From positions 3,656-67,655 of the forward strand of contig NHEC01000016.1 in the NCBI GenBank assembly GCA_002171655.1: a stretch of 64,000 nucleotides of DNA, in the 5' to 3' direction. The position numbers were made by a program, and so were the translations under genes. The notes beneath the pieces were generated by a model. It was not told the origin of the DNA, did not search any database, and worked only from the letters and a program-made list of their open reading frames with translations. The DNA comes from Planctomycetes bacterium TMED75. Its GTDB lineage: Bacteria; Planctomycetota; Phycisphaerae; Phycisphaerales; SM1A02. Positions 38,888 to 48,358 of this stretch are shown in pieces (within the stretch, counting starts at the first letter, position 1; each line of letters opens with the position of its first letter).

Positions 38888-40254
38888 TAGGTGGTACTGA
38901 GAAAAGGGAGCTGAAGGATGTCCTCAAGCGCTCGATAGGCCGCGGTGGTCTCGGAAACGAGCGAAGGATCGGCAAGGTCCGGAATCGTAAGCGTCTCTCG
39001 ATAATGCGTGTCGACCCACTTCAGCAGCCGGTCGTGGAGCGTATCGGTGAAGCGGATCCCCTGATGCATGTGAGCAAGCTCGTCTTCCGTAAGCGCCACT
39101 CGAAGACGAAGACAGGCAGGTCCCCCGCCGTTACGCATCGACTGCCGCACATCGACGAATTCAACCTTCGTAATCGGATTTTCTTCACGAAGCAGGCGAT
39201 CAAGGACGCGTCGGGCCCGAACGTGCTCCTCGCATTCACTGGGAACAAGCAACAGCATCGATCCAGCTGAATCCGGGAGGGTCAGAAGCTGAGAATTAAA
39301 GACATAACATTCCGCAGCCTCCTCCAGGGTCAATTCCTCCTGTTGAACGCACAGTGGAAGAAAGCCCTCGGAGTCGCCACCTGCAAGCGATTGGATACTC
39401 GCCCGCAACTGCGCGAGAATTTCACCGGTGCCGACGAATGCCTGCTCGTGGTACAGCAGCACATGCCCGTTTCCCACCGAGATGACGTCGTTGTGGAAGA
39501 CGCCGGCGTCGATTGCCTCCTGGCTCTGCCGTGCGAAAACAACCCTGGCCGGATCAAGCTCATGAAGTCGTGCAACCGCTTCGGAAGCCTCGCGAGTCTG
39601 TCGCCCCACGAACCTCCGGGTGACCAAGGACGTCTCTTCGGTGCTCGCGGTCACGCCTTCTCGCCCGTACACAAAGAATTCAACTCCGGACTCGTCATGT
39701 GATGCGGCGAATCGAGTGTGATTTGCCGCTCCTTCATCTGAAAAGGCCGATGCCCCAGGAAGTGGATCGTGGATTTCAAAGTGCGAGCGGCTCTGAAAGA
39801 TCTCGCGCAACAGGTGCCCCGTCCAATCCGCCTCGATCGATCGATGAAAGAGCGAAGAGAGATTCGCGGGTGTGAAATGAACCCGGCGATCCTTGGTATC
39901 CGCCGAGGGTGAAACCGTTGCAGCATTGGCCGTCCACATCCCGCTTGCCGAGCAGCAGGCCGTGAGCAGAGCAGGGTCCACCTGAGAAGCCTGCTCGATC
40001 ACATCTGACTCGGAACCGATGAAGCCGAGACGGTTCAACCATGAAATACTGGGTCTGGGATGAGGAGGCAATACCCCCTGCTCGATGCCGAGGCTCGCCA
40101 CCAGCTTCATCTTCTCGAGGCCTTGCCGAGCCGCTGCCCGAGGGTGGGAGACCGAACGAGCATGTTTCGCCGAAAGGAGGTTCCCGGGGGACAGTCCCGC
40201 ATAGTTGTGCGTTGGACCAACCAGTCCGTCAAGATTCAATTCGATGGGGTTCAC
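38887..40254 (-). CDS. astB: N-succinylarginine dihydrolase
   Basis: The N-terminus NLDGLVGPTHNYAGLS and the full-length layout are typical of AstB. Confidence 0.85.
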   Translation of the reverse strand: MNPIELNLDGLVGPTHNYAGLSPGNLLSAKHARSVSHPRAAARQGLEKMKLVASLGIEQGVLPPHPRPSISWLNRLGFIGSESDVIEQASQVDPALLTACCSASGMWTANAATVSPSADTKDRRVHFTPANLSSLFHRSIEADWTGHLLREIFQSRSHFEIHDPLPGASAFSDEGAANHTRFAASHDESGVEFFVYGREGVTASTEETSLVTRRFVGRQTREASEAVARLHELDPARVVFARQSQEAIDAGVFHNDVISVGNGHVLLYHEQAFVGTGEILAQLRASIQSLAGGDSEGFLPLCVQQEELTLEEAAECYVFNSQLLTLPDSAGSMLLLVPSECEEHVRARRVLDRLLREENPITKVEFVDVRQSMRNGGGPACLRLRVALTEDELAHMHQGIRFTDTLHDRLLKWVDTHYRETLTIPDLADPSLVSETTAAYRALEDILQLPFLSTT

Positions 40255-40346
40255 AACGCCATGGTCTCAGGACAGGGGAGGTGGTGTCAACCAGCACAGG
40301 GAGGCATAGAGCCGTCCAAGGGAGGAAACCCCTGGGACGATATGGT

Positions 40347-41975
40347 TCAGCAGTCTCCCCACCCACCCAGCAGTGCGGCCAGGTCTGCCCCATTTGCAAC
40401 GCCATCACCGGTGAGGTCCAGGTCTGGGCTGGATGAGTTCCACCCGCCCAGCAGTGCCGCCAGGTCCGAACCCCCCACTCGCCCATCGCCATCGAAGTCT
40501 GCCGGACAGCAGGCTCCCGCGCAGTCGATGCTCAGGATTCCTTCACCTCGAGCTCCCTGATAACCCGCGACACGAACCAGGTAGGTCGATCCACAGGTCG
40601 CGTCAAAGCTGACTTCGGAGGTGTATCCCTCGCAGCCCTCACCATCGTCATTGCAGGCGATCATCGCTCCAGCACAATCTCCGCCCCAGATCTCAAGACG
40701 CGTGTCGAAGTTTGCTGTTTCGCACACTGAAGCAGTCACCTCACCAGAACAGGAAGCCTCGTAGGCGAACCAGACATCCGCCAGAATGATGGGACCGTAT
40801 TCACTGCATTCGGTGGGAGCTTGCCCCGGACCGTCAGTTGTCGAATAGAAATTGGTGAAGGAATGAGCCCCATCTGCGACCAAGGTCGCGTTGGCGCAGT
40901 CGTCATTCTCAGGAATGGGAACGTCGTATTCCCGCTCTGAAACCAGAAGTTCATAGTCGCCGCCGGTCCCACCAGGGCCACACTGAGCAATCGATTCGAA
41001 TCCCGGGGCGACGATCGCCCGGTATTCACCGGGAATCAACCATTGCTCAGGAATGCTGGTGAGGCACTCGCCATACTTGTAATCGATCAGCTCCAGTGGA
41101 CACCCGGTCCGAGCGAGGTACAGGTAGCCCACGACGAGATCACTGGTATGCAAGTTGACGGACATCATCGCCCCTGGTTCAGGGACTGAAAACATGAACC
41201 AGTCGGTGTCTCGAGTGGCGCCGTCACAGAACCAAGTCCCGCAGAGGGGGACGTCAATGGAAAGCATTTCGTGAAACATGCTGAGATCTGCGTCCGCGGA
41301 ATAAGCGGCCGTATTGCACCCGTCGTTGGTGCCCATGCCACAGGGTTCGAGCTCAAGCTGGTTGACTTCTGAACAGCCCTCGAAGCACGGAGGTTGAACG
41401 GTCAGTTCGAAGCTTCCCGATCCAGTGGCTCCATCAGCGAAGCCACCAATCCGAACGAGGATTGACTGCCCCTCGGTACAAGCGATCACGACGGTTGATG
41501 AGTAGCCGGCACAGCCTGGGGCATCGTCATTGCAACCTATTTCGACCAAGCTTCCACCGGCACCCTTTTCACCAGACTCCTCCGAGCAGGCACCCTCGTA
41601 GAGAGCAATGCGGCTGTCAAAGTCAATCAGGTTGCAGGTGGAAACACGAAGGATTCCATCGCTCTCAACCACATAACGAAACCACACGTCGTTCCAGGTC
41701 ACCTGGTTTCCGAAGGTCGAACACGATGAACTCGTCGGACCATCGGTACCGGCATCAATGGAAGTGAAAGCATGGATTCCCTGGCCAATGGGCTGAGCAT
41801 CAATGCACAGGTCATTCGCTGGCGGAGCAGCGGCGCCAGCAGAGGCCGCGACTGGGCTGGCCAGATAACAGATAAGGGACGCCCCAAACAGGGCAATGGT
41901 CACCGCGATGGACCGTTTCGGTCCACCTGGTCCAACCGTATGCAGTTCAGTGATTTTCAGCTGATCCAAGCTCAT
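40347..41975 (-). CDS. Secreted Cys-rich protein with an internally duplicated domain, a PPC-like domain and a dockerin-like tail
   Basis: Signal/TM at the N-terminus. Two homologous ~150-aa modules begin NDLCIDAQPI... and NDDCANATLV.... The middle region is DTDWFMFSV...GDYELLV. The C-terminus is CPADFDGDGRVGGSDLAALLGGW...LTGDGVANGADLAALLGGWG. Confidence 0.7.
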   Translation of the reverse strand: MSLDQLKITELHTVGPGGPKRSIAVTIALFGASLICYLASPVAASAGAAAPPANDLCIDAQPIGQGIHAFTSIDAGTDGPTSSSCSTFGNQVTWNDVWFRYVVESDGILRVSTCNLIDFDSRIALYEGACSEESGEKGAGGSLVEIGCNDDAPGCAGYSSTVVIACTEGQSILVRIGGFADGATGSGSFELTVQPPCFEGCSEVNQLELEPCGMGTNDGCNTAAYSADADLSMFHEMLSIDVPLCGTWFCDGATRDTDWFMFSVPEPGAMMSVNLHTSDLVVGYLYLARTGCPLELIDYKYGECLTSIPEQWLIPGEYRAIVAPGFESIAQCGPGGTGGDYELLVSEREYDVPIPENDDCANATLVADGAHSFTNFYSTTDGPGQAPTECSEYGPIILADVWFAYEASCSGEVTASVCETANFDTRLEIWGGDCAGAMIACNDDGEGCEGYTSEVSFDATCGSTYLVRVAGYQGARGEGILSIDCAGACCPADFDGDGRVGGSDLAALLGGWNSSSPDLDLTGDGVANGADLAALLGGWGDC

Positions 41976-42466
41976 TCACATTCCCGGCAATGCCCACCTC
42001 GAGCGAAGTCTTCGACTCCACTGTATTCCACCAGTCCCGGCCTGGAACAAGGTTAGCGTGAAAGGGGAAAATATCAACGTTCGTTTTTATTCTTGGCCGG
42101 TGTATTTCAAATCCAGCCGTTGCTGGGCTTGAAAAGGCCTGGATTGCACAAAACCCTCCCAAGAGCAAGAAAAAGGGCATTGCAGCACACTTCGACGCTA
42201 AGCCGGTAAAAACGAGCGTATTCGAACGCCCGCTTGATGGTGGCGGCAGGGCCCAACTCAGAGTGGGCGTTTTCGCAACACAAATCTAATTCTCTTTAAA
42301 GTTTGTATTTGCAAGCACCTGTTTGGTGTGATCAAATGAGATTGCTTCCAGAAATGCAGTCCCTTAACTCGCTTCTGGAGTCACACCTTAAGGCCCCCTC
42401 TAGGGGCATCATGATTCCCTAGTTTGTATTCTGAATACGTGTGTACCTTATATGGAGAGAAGACTT

Positions 42467-42991
42467 ATGTCTAAAAGATTTGCGCTTACTGCAGCTGGAG
42501 TCGCAACCGCGGCTGTCGGCAGCACCGCGGCCGCTGAACTGATTTCGTTCACCGTCCACAATGATTATTACATCAGTGAGAACAGATGGCAGCTGATTGA
42601 CAGCAACAGCAACACCATCGCCTCGATGTTCGTCCAAGGCGGTTACATCTACGCTGGTACGAGCCAGTCCGGGACCTACCCGGTCAGCTTCGGCCTGTGG
42701 AGCACCTCCGCACAGCTCAGCGGCTACCTCACCACGTTCCAGATGGACCTCGCTGAAGGCTCCTACACCGTCGCCATGCAGGACTCCTGGGGTGATGGCT
42801 GGGTTTGGAACGACGCCACTGGCGAAGATGCGTTCAACGTCGCCGGCAACCTTGGCAACGATGAGACTTCGGTCACCTTCGGCATGGTTGGCACCGCAGC
42901 GGTCAGCGGTACCTTCACCGTCGTCCCCGCTCCGGGCGCCCTCGCACTGCTCGGACTTGCTGGCCTCAGCTCACGTCGCAAGCGAAAGTGA
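42467..42991 (+). CDS. PEP-CTERM sorting-domain protein
   Basis: Signal peptide MSKRFALTAAGVATAAVGSTAAA. The C-terminus VPAPGALALLGLAGLSSRRKRK is VPxP plus a TM helix plus a basic tail. GGAGA lies about 9 nt upstream of the ATG at 42467. Confidence 0.85.
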   Translation: MSKRFALTAAGVATAAVGSTAAAELISFTVHNDYYISENRWQLIDSNSNTIASMFVQGGYIYAGTSQSGTYPVSFGLWSTSAQLSGYLTTFQMDLAEGSYTVAMQDSWGDGWVWNDATGEDAFNVAGNLGNDETSVTFGMVGTAAVSGTFTVVPAPGALALLGLAGLSSRRKRK

Positions 42992-43057
42992 GAGCTGTCG
43001 AAGAACCTTTCAGGACGACACCTCGTTTCTGATCGGTGACTCGACCATCAGTCAGAC

Positions 43058-43096
43058 GAACAGGCCGGCTCCTCGAGCCGGCCTGTTCACTTTTTG
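43058..43096 (+). terminator. Strong hairpin terminator between convergent genes
   Basis: gaacaggccggctc-ctc-gagccggcctgttc, a stem of about 14 bp, followed by actttttg. Confidence 0.7.
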
Positions 43097-43139
43097 AGAC
43101 ACCAAGAGAGACCAGAACCTCTTTGAGTGCAGAAGCGAG

Positions 43140-44675
43140 TCAGAGGTAGTCTGAGAGCTTGTCCGCCAAGGGGCCGAGGTGCTTCTCGTAGTTCTTCCAG
43201 CGACCATCGGAGGTGGTGTACATCTTTCGGTTGACCTGGTCGTAGCTGATGGTGCGGGCCACGAACTTCGACTTGTAGAACTCCAGGCAGGACTCGTCCC
43301 ACTCCAGGCCAAGGAATTCGATCAATCGCCGAGTCTCGTACTCCTGATTCTGGACCAGGCCCTCATAGTGCAGCTCCATCAGTGGCATCTCGATCCGGTC
43401 GAACCAGTGCTCCATGATCTTTCGACGCGCCAGCCAGACATTCGCGAGCTCGTCGAGGTCGGAGCAGTAGAGATGCCCGGAAGTGAGGAGGTTGGTCGTG
43501 TAACAGGACACGCAGTTGTCCAGAGGATAACGGTAGAGCATGATCGCCTTGGCGTTCGGCGTCACCAGGGAGAGGAACCCCAGCTGGGCCTGGAGGTTCA
43601 GCGCCTTGTTGGAGACGATCTTCTTCCCGGCACTGAAATGCGCGAGTGCGGACATGTACATTCTGCCCAGTGCATTGGCATCACCCACCTGCATGTCGAG
43701 GACCGAATTCGGCCAACCATGGTAGGAGTCGGTCAGTCGTGGCAGGTCCTCCATCAAGCGCAGGCTGATCGACATCTCTCCCCCATTGGCGATGTCTGGA
43801 TGCATACTCAGGATCTGCTCGAGCAGGCTCGTTCCGCTGCGAGGGTTGCCGACGATGTAGAGTGGCTCCCACTCGAGGTCCTCCTGGGCGTGAGCGAGGG
43901 AGGCCAGGGTCTCCTTGTCCATGAGTTCCATGATCGATTCGAGGTTCTGGCGGTATTCCTCGCTGCTGAAGTTGGATGGCAAAGCCGCCTGATGATCCTG
44001 GTGTGCCCTGGTGGCCGCCGCCCAGGCACTGTCGTAGTCACCCATTCGATCGTAGGCCTTGCACATCTGAAAACCGCAGTCGACCATTCGGGTCAATCGA
44101 ATGTCCTCGCCGACATGACTGTCCGCATCAAGCCGGGTGCGGATTTCGTCAAAGAGCTGAACCGCGCTCTCGTACTCCTTGTCCCGGAGCAGAAGGCGTG
44201 CCCGGCTGTAATCACGGATCAGTTCCTCCACCGGGCCCTTGGGGGCCATCCGGTCCACCAGTTCGCGAAGGTCGTCGGTTCGGCTGGTGGTCTCATACAG
44301 CTCCGCGAGCAGCCCGAGGGCGTGGAAGCTGCCTTTGCCAAGTCGCTCCTGGAGCTCGAGAGCACGTTCGATTCCCTCATCTGGCCGACCTGCTCCGAGG
44401 AGTACCTGCGGATACAGGCTGAAGAGCCGATCATTGTCGGGAACCTCGACCAGCAGCTCAGTGAGCAGCCGGCAGGCTTCCTGGAAGTCCCTGATCTCGT
44501 TGTAGATCTCGACGAGCTTTACACGAAGGGGGATGTTCGCGGGATCTTCCGCGAGCTCGCGGTTGAGCACCTCGCGCGCCATGGTGAAATACTTGTTGCG
44601 TACGAGCTCACTCACCCGTGCGAGTACGGTATTCTGCTCAGGAGTCTGTTCCATGATGGCCACAGTGTACTTCAT
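43140..44675 (-). CDS. TPR-repeat / sulfotransferase-family protein
   Basis: N-terminal TPR-like repeats. The sulfotransferase PAPS-binding motif is VGNPRSGTSLLEQIL. The start is 44675 or 44654. Confidence 0.8.
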   Translation of the reverse strand: MKYTVAIMEQTPEQNTVLARVSELVRNKYFTMAREVLNRELAEDPANIPLRVKLVEIYNEIRDFQEACRLLTELLVEVPDNDRLFSLYPQVLLGAGRPDEGIERALELQERLGKGSFHALGLLAELYETTSRTDDLRELVDRMAPKGPVEELIRDYSRARLLLRDKEYESAVQLFDEIRTRLDADSHVGEDIRLTRMVDCGFQMCKAYDRMGDYDSAWAAATRAHQDHQAALPSNFSSEEYRQNLESIMELMDKETLASLAHAQEDLEWEPLYIVGNPRSGTSLLEQILSMHPDIANGGEMSISLRLMEDLPRLTDSYHGWPNSVLDMQVGDANALGRMYMSALAHFSAGKKIVSNKALNLQAQLGFLSLVTPNAKAIMLYRYPLDNCVSCYTTNLLTSGHLYCSDLDELANVWLARRKIMEHWFDRIEMPLMELHYEGLVQNQEYETRRLIEFLGLEWDESCLEFYKSKFVARTISYDQVNRKMYTTSDGRWKNYEKHLGPLADKLSDYL

Positions 44676-44693
44676 CAACGACCAAATAGGCTG

Positions 44694-44721
44694 ACCCGAG
44701 ACCCGAGACCCGAGACTCGAG
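44694..44721. repeat. Tandem heptamer (acccgag x3 plus actcgag) in a divergent intergenic region
   Basis: Read directly from the sequence. It lies between the sulfotransferase start and the GTG start at 44758. Confidence 0.9.
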
Positions 44722-44757
44722 ATCCCCCATACACTCCCACCGGAGGGACCCGACACA

Positions 44758-46053
44758 GTGCAGACTCCAGCGATCAATACCGAGGAAATTAAGATTGACG
44801 TCGAGCCACTCGATCATTTCGACCAGAAGCTCACTGTCGTACTGCCCGCCCATTGCATCAAGCAGATCACTGACCGACTTGCCGAAGGCAACATGGAACA
44901 AAACGACAAGCAACTCGCCCAGCTTCTGACAAACATCTGCGTCGAGGAGTCGATGGGACGACAGGAATCTCCACCCCTCTGGGGCCCCGCACTGCCCATC
45001 GGCGGAGCTCCCCCGCTTCCGGCTGAGGGAGAGGACTACTCAATCGAATTCCTGATCGACCGCATGCCCGATTTGAGCCTGCCTGAATTCTCCGAGCTCA
45101 CGATTCGAAAGCCCACGCGTGAAATTGATTCGGCAATGGTGGAAGCGGAGCTGGCCCACCAATGCATTGAATCGGGCACCCATACGGCATACGACGGCCC
45201 CCTGGACACCACCGACCGATTCAGGTGTTCGCTCACGATCACCAACCCAAAGGATGGCACCGTGGTTGCGTCGTATCCGAATCTCACCGGTCGAATTCCG
45301 GAACCCGATGGAAGACTCCTGCTGGATGGAATCTTTTTCCCCGGTCTTGGCGAAGCCATTCGAGGGAAGTCCCAGGGAGACACGATCAGCTGCCAGCTCC
45401 CCGTTCCTTCCCAGGTCATGAGCGGAGCACTCAGCACCGACATTCACCAGATAGATGTCGTGCTTGGCGAGACCGAGCGAACGGTTCCGGCTCAACTCGA
45501 AGACGTGGTGAATCTTTATGGAAGCCCAAGCGCCGAGGTTCTTCGCAAGCAGGTACGAGCCTCACTGGAAAATCGGTTCTCTTTCGAACAAGCGAGCTTC
45601 ATGACCGAGGACCTCTTCGCCCAGTTGATGAAGGACCTCGACTACACCCCACCGCGGCGGATCGTACATAAGGCCCTGCAGGATCAGGCCAGCAGCATTG
45701 CCAAGTCCATCCAGCAGGATGGCGGCTCAGCGCGGGAAGTTGAAGCGGCCTTAGAAAAAGCGCGTCCCGATGCGACGAAAAAGGTTCTGGCCATGCTTCG
45801 CAGACGTGCCGTCAATACCGTCTTGCGAAACCGGCTGAAGATCGGGGTCAACGAACAACACATCCAGGCCCGCATTCGACAACTCGCGGCTCTTCAGAAC
45901 AAGCGTCCTGAAGACTTTCGCAAGGAACTGATCGATACGGACCTGATCACCAGCATCTCCGCCCAGGCAGTCGAAGCACAGATCACCGAGCAGGCCCTGG
46001 CCGATTGCAAGGTCGTCGAGGTCGACGCGGACTCTCTTGAACAGGACGGCTGA
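44758..46053 (+). CDS. Trigger-factor-like protein (paralogue lacking the GFRxGxxP signature)
   Basis: The layout parallels the authentic tig in this window. EFLIDRMPDLSLPEFSELTIRKPTREIDSAMVEAEL aligns to EVSIEVTPEFEMPELEGVDIKKPIFEIEDSHIDDEI. The C-terminal arm is IQARIRQLAAL...FRKEL...AVEAQITEQALADCKVVEV. Confidence 0.65.
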   Translation: MQTPAINTEEIKIDVEPLDHFDQKLTVVLPAHCIKQITDRLAEGNMEQNDKQLAQLLTNICVEESMGRQESPPLWGPALPIGGAPPLPAEGEDYSIEFLIDRMPDLSLPEFSELTIRKPTREIDSAMVEAELAHQCIESGTHTAYDGPLDTTDRFRCSLTITNPKDGTVVASYPNLTGRIPEPDGRLLLDGIFFPGLGEAIRGKSQGDTISCQLPVPSQVMSGALSTDIHQIDVVLGETERTVPAQLEDVVNLYGSPSAEVLRKQVRASLENRFSFEQASFMTEDLFAQLMKDLDYTPPRRIVHKALQDQASSIAKSIQQDGGSAREVEAALEKARPDATKKVLAMLRRRAVNTVLRNRLKIGVNEQHIQARIRQLAALQNKRPEDFRKELIDTDLITSISAQAVEAQITEQALADCKVVEVDADSLEQDG

Positions 46054-46258
46054 CTCCCCAAAGAAACCTGACCGAGCGGCAGGAAATGAACACCCCCGGT
46101 GAAGTATCGGGCTGTTGGTTTCAATGGGCGCACTGCACCCAGAAGCTGGCATCTGAAAACCGTCAACTCCGAGAGCTCATCTCTGAGATGGCAGCGCACA
46201 AAAACGACACCACCGACGAGCTGAAGCTGGTCGGTGGTGCAGAGGAGGCAAATCCTAA

Positions 46259-46332
46259 TGGGCCATACTGGATTTGAACCAGTGACCTCTTGTGTGTCAT
46301 ACAAGCGCGCTAGCCAACTGCGCCAATGGCCC
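46259..46332 (-). tRNA. tRNA-Val (anticodon GAC)
   Basis: Manual cloverleaf fold. Acceptor stem GGGCCAT/ATGGCCC, D stem GCGC/GCGC, anticodon stem CTTGT/ACAAG with loop ATGACAC, T arm ACTGG-TTCAAAT-CCAGT. CCA is not encoded. Confidence 0.92.
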
Positions 46333-46398
46333 TTGAATAGGACAGGATAGCTTCCCACCCGAGAGACGCAAGCACTGCGAAGAATGAAGCCGGGCGGC

Positions 46399-47481
46399 TC
46401 AGCAGCTCCCCCAGAAGGCAAGCAGAATCGTGAGGTCCGCTCCTCCGACCACTCCATCCTCATCAAGGTCCGTCATCGGCCCCGCAGTTCCCCACTCAGC
46501 CAGAAGCAGTGTCAGGTCCGCTCCCCCGACCATTCCGTCGCCATCGAAGTCTGCCGGACAGTCGATGGTTCCTAGGTCGACCAGAGCACTGTTCGACCCG
46601 CCCGCACAGACCTGCAGTGCAAATTCAAAACCGTTCACACTGGCTACCTGACCCTCGGCATCATCACCCCATGCGGACACCGTTCCGAAGACATCGAGCG
46701 CGACCGAATGACCGGAGCCTGCTGAAACAGAAACCAGTTCGACCGTTCCCAGGGAATTGGGAACCACCAGCTGGCCTGAAACATTGGAGCCCCACGCAAT
46801 CACTCCGTTCTCGCTGGAGGGGACGACCGCAAGGGTATGTCGGCCACCCGCAGCAACCGCCGTGGCACCGATGACTTCGCCTGGCACGTCCGACTCACCA
46901 AAGCTGTTACTGCCCCAGCAGATGACTGCACCGGTCTGCTTGAGGGCGACCGTATGGAACAACCCGGCATCGATCCGACTGACCGAAATCACGCCTGAGG
47001 GCAGCTGACATTGGCCGAGAGAATCGTCTCCCCAACAGGCAACCGATCCGTTTTCACGGAGTGCGACCGTGTGTCGACCGCCGCAACTGACGGCCAAGCA
47101 TGGGCCAAGATCGCCAGGCACGTTGCATTGGCGAAAGTCATTGCTTCCCCAGCAGTACACTTGGCCGTTCTCATCCAATGCCGCACTGTGCTGATTCCCT
47201 GCAGAAACCTGAAGCGTGACCACCCCCACCAGGTCTTCCGGAATCGTGGACTGACCAAAGTCATCACTCCCCCAGGCATGGATCAAACCGAATTCATCCA
47301 CGGCCAGGGAGTGCGTCGGCCCGATATCGACTTGAACGATTCGAGGCAGGCCCACCGGAACATCACACTGGCCCTGGCTGTTGTTCCCAAAGCAGAGAAC
47401 GCCTCCCTCCTCGGCGACAGCCATCCCGAGCGGGGCCAGCCAAAAACATCCGAGCGCAACCAATAAGGGGGTTTGTCTCAC
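46399..47481 (-). CDS. Secreted RCC1-repeat (beta-propeller) protein with a dockerin-like tail
   Basis: Repeats of the form CWGSNDFRQCNVP, CWGDDSLGQCQLP and CWGSNSFGESDVP. The C-terminus is CPADFDGDGMVGGADLTLLLAEWG...DEDGVVGGADLTILLAFWG. GTG start at 47481, with GGAG 7 nt upstream. Confidence 0.8.
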   Translation of the reverse strand: MRQTPLLVALGCFWLAPLGMAVAEEGGVLCFGNNSQGQCDVPVGLPRIVQVDIGPTHSLAVDEFGLIHAWGSDDFGQSTIPEDLVGVVTLQVSAGNQHSAALDENGQVYCWGSNDFRQCNVPGDLGPCLAVSCGGRHTVALRENGSVACWGDDSLGQCQLPSGVISVSRIDAGLFHTVALKQTGAVICWGSNSFGESDVPGEVIGATAVAAGGRHTLAVVPSSENGVIAWGSNVSGQLVVPNSLGTVELVSVSAGSGHSVALDVFGTVSAWGDDAEGQVASVNGFEFALQVCAGGSNSALVDLGTIDCPADFDGDGMVGGADLTLLLAEWGTAGPMTDLDEDGVVGGADLTILLAFWGSC

Positions 47482-47608
47482 GCAATAACTCCATCCACTG
47501 CATTCAAGATACGAGCTCTGCACGCAAGAGATCGGGTCAATCCAGAAGTTTGAGCGACTCCCGCGTGGAGCCGCCTCTCTGAGCAACAGACCAGCCCCTG
47601 GAGGGTCC

Positions 47609-47642
47609 CAAAACGACGCCAGCGACCCCGAAAGGTCGCTGG
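47609..47642 (-). terminator. Hairpin plus T-run terminator (minus strand)
   Basis: A 9-bp stem ccagcgacc/ggtcgctgg with loop ccgaaa. On the minus strand it is followed by cgtcgttttggg. A second imperfect hairpin at about 47651-47680 spans the stop at 47651. Confidence 0.6.
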
Positions 47643-47650
47643 TGTCCGTC

Positions 47651-48358
47651 TCATCGTTCGTTCAGGACGAACAACGATGTGTGGCCGGCGAGTGCCTGAT
47701 TCAAACCGAAGCTTGACCAACGGCATTCCTGGCGTGGGTGAGCACGCCTCCAGCTTCGTACGGAATTCGGAACGAGTCCTATTGCCAGCGTCCTGCCGAC
47801 AAGTCCGTACCTGGAAGCTCGTGTGCTTCCAGCGGCCGCATCATCCACACCCCCTGGAGGGTGTATCAGAATCAGTGGATGTCGGTCCTCGAGAGGACCG
47901 CCCACCGTGGCCTGGTCGAATCTCGATCTTTGGAAGTGCCCGAAGGCGATCTCCTGACGATCGGAACCCGACGTGCCCGCCTCCAGAAGGAGACAGGTGA
48001 TTCGCCGCAGGCACGTACTTGCGAACAAATACGGGCCGGCGGACGGTGTTTTCGTCAAAACACCTCGAAGGGCGCTGGGTGATCGGTGAGGAACCCCGCA
48101 GCGCTTGCATGCATGAACGACGTGAATCGCATCATGCTCGTACACCCGACGGTGCACGGTTCCGATCAGCTTCAGCCCCGGCTGCCTGGACAGTCGGTGA
48201 ATCAGCCTGTGATTCGACCCGTCAGCCGAACCTCGGTCGATTGCACATTGGTCGAAGCAGGCTCCAGCCAACGGACAATCTCATCCGTGCAAGTGGTACT
48301 CCTGGCAGTTACTGCCAAAGGGACCCTGCTTGCACGCCGCCCACCAAGGCGGACACAT
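47651..48358 (-). other. Unassigned locus: a long minus-strand frame interrupted by one in-frame TGA (48281-48283); coding status unresolved
   Basis: Track ORFs 48281..48769 and 47651..48271 share one frame, separated by TGA plus 3 codons. The translation is Cys/His/Arg-rich and matches nothing I recognise. See the findings. Confidence 0.25.

Noticed and set aside
43179-44792. A 537-aa plus-strand ORF.
   Set aside because: It is exactly antisense to the TPR-sulfotransferase gene, which has clear motifs. Its translation is low-complexity (V/H/G/R-rich). This is a typical shadow ORF in GC-rich DNA.
45894-46466. A 190-aa minus-strand ORF.
   Set aside because: It runs straight through the tRNA-Val gene and the 3' ends of two real genes. 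It is spurious.
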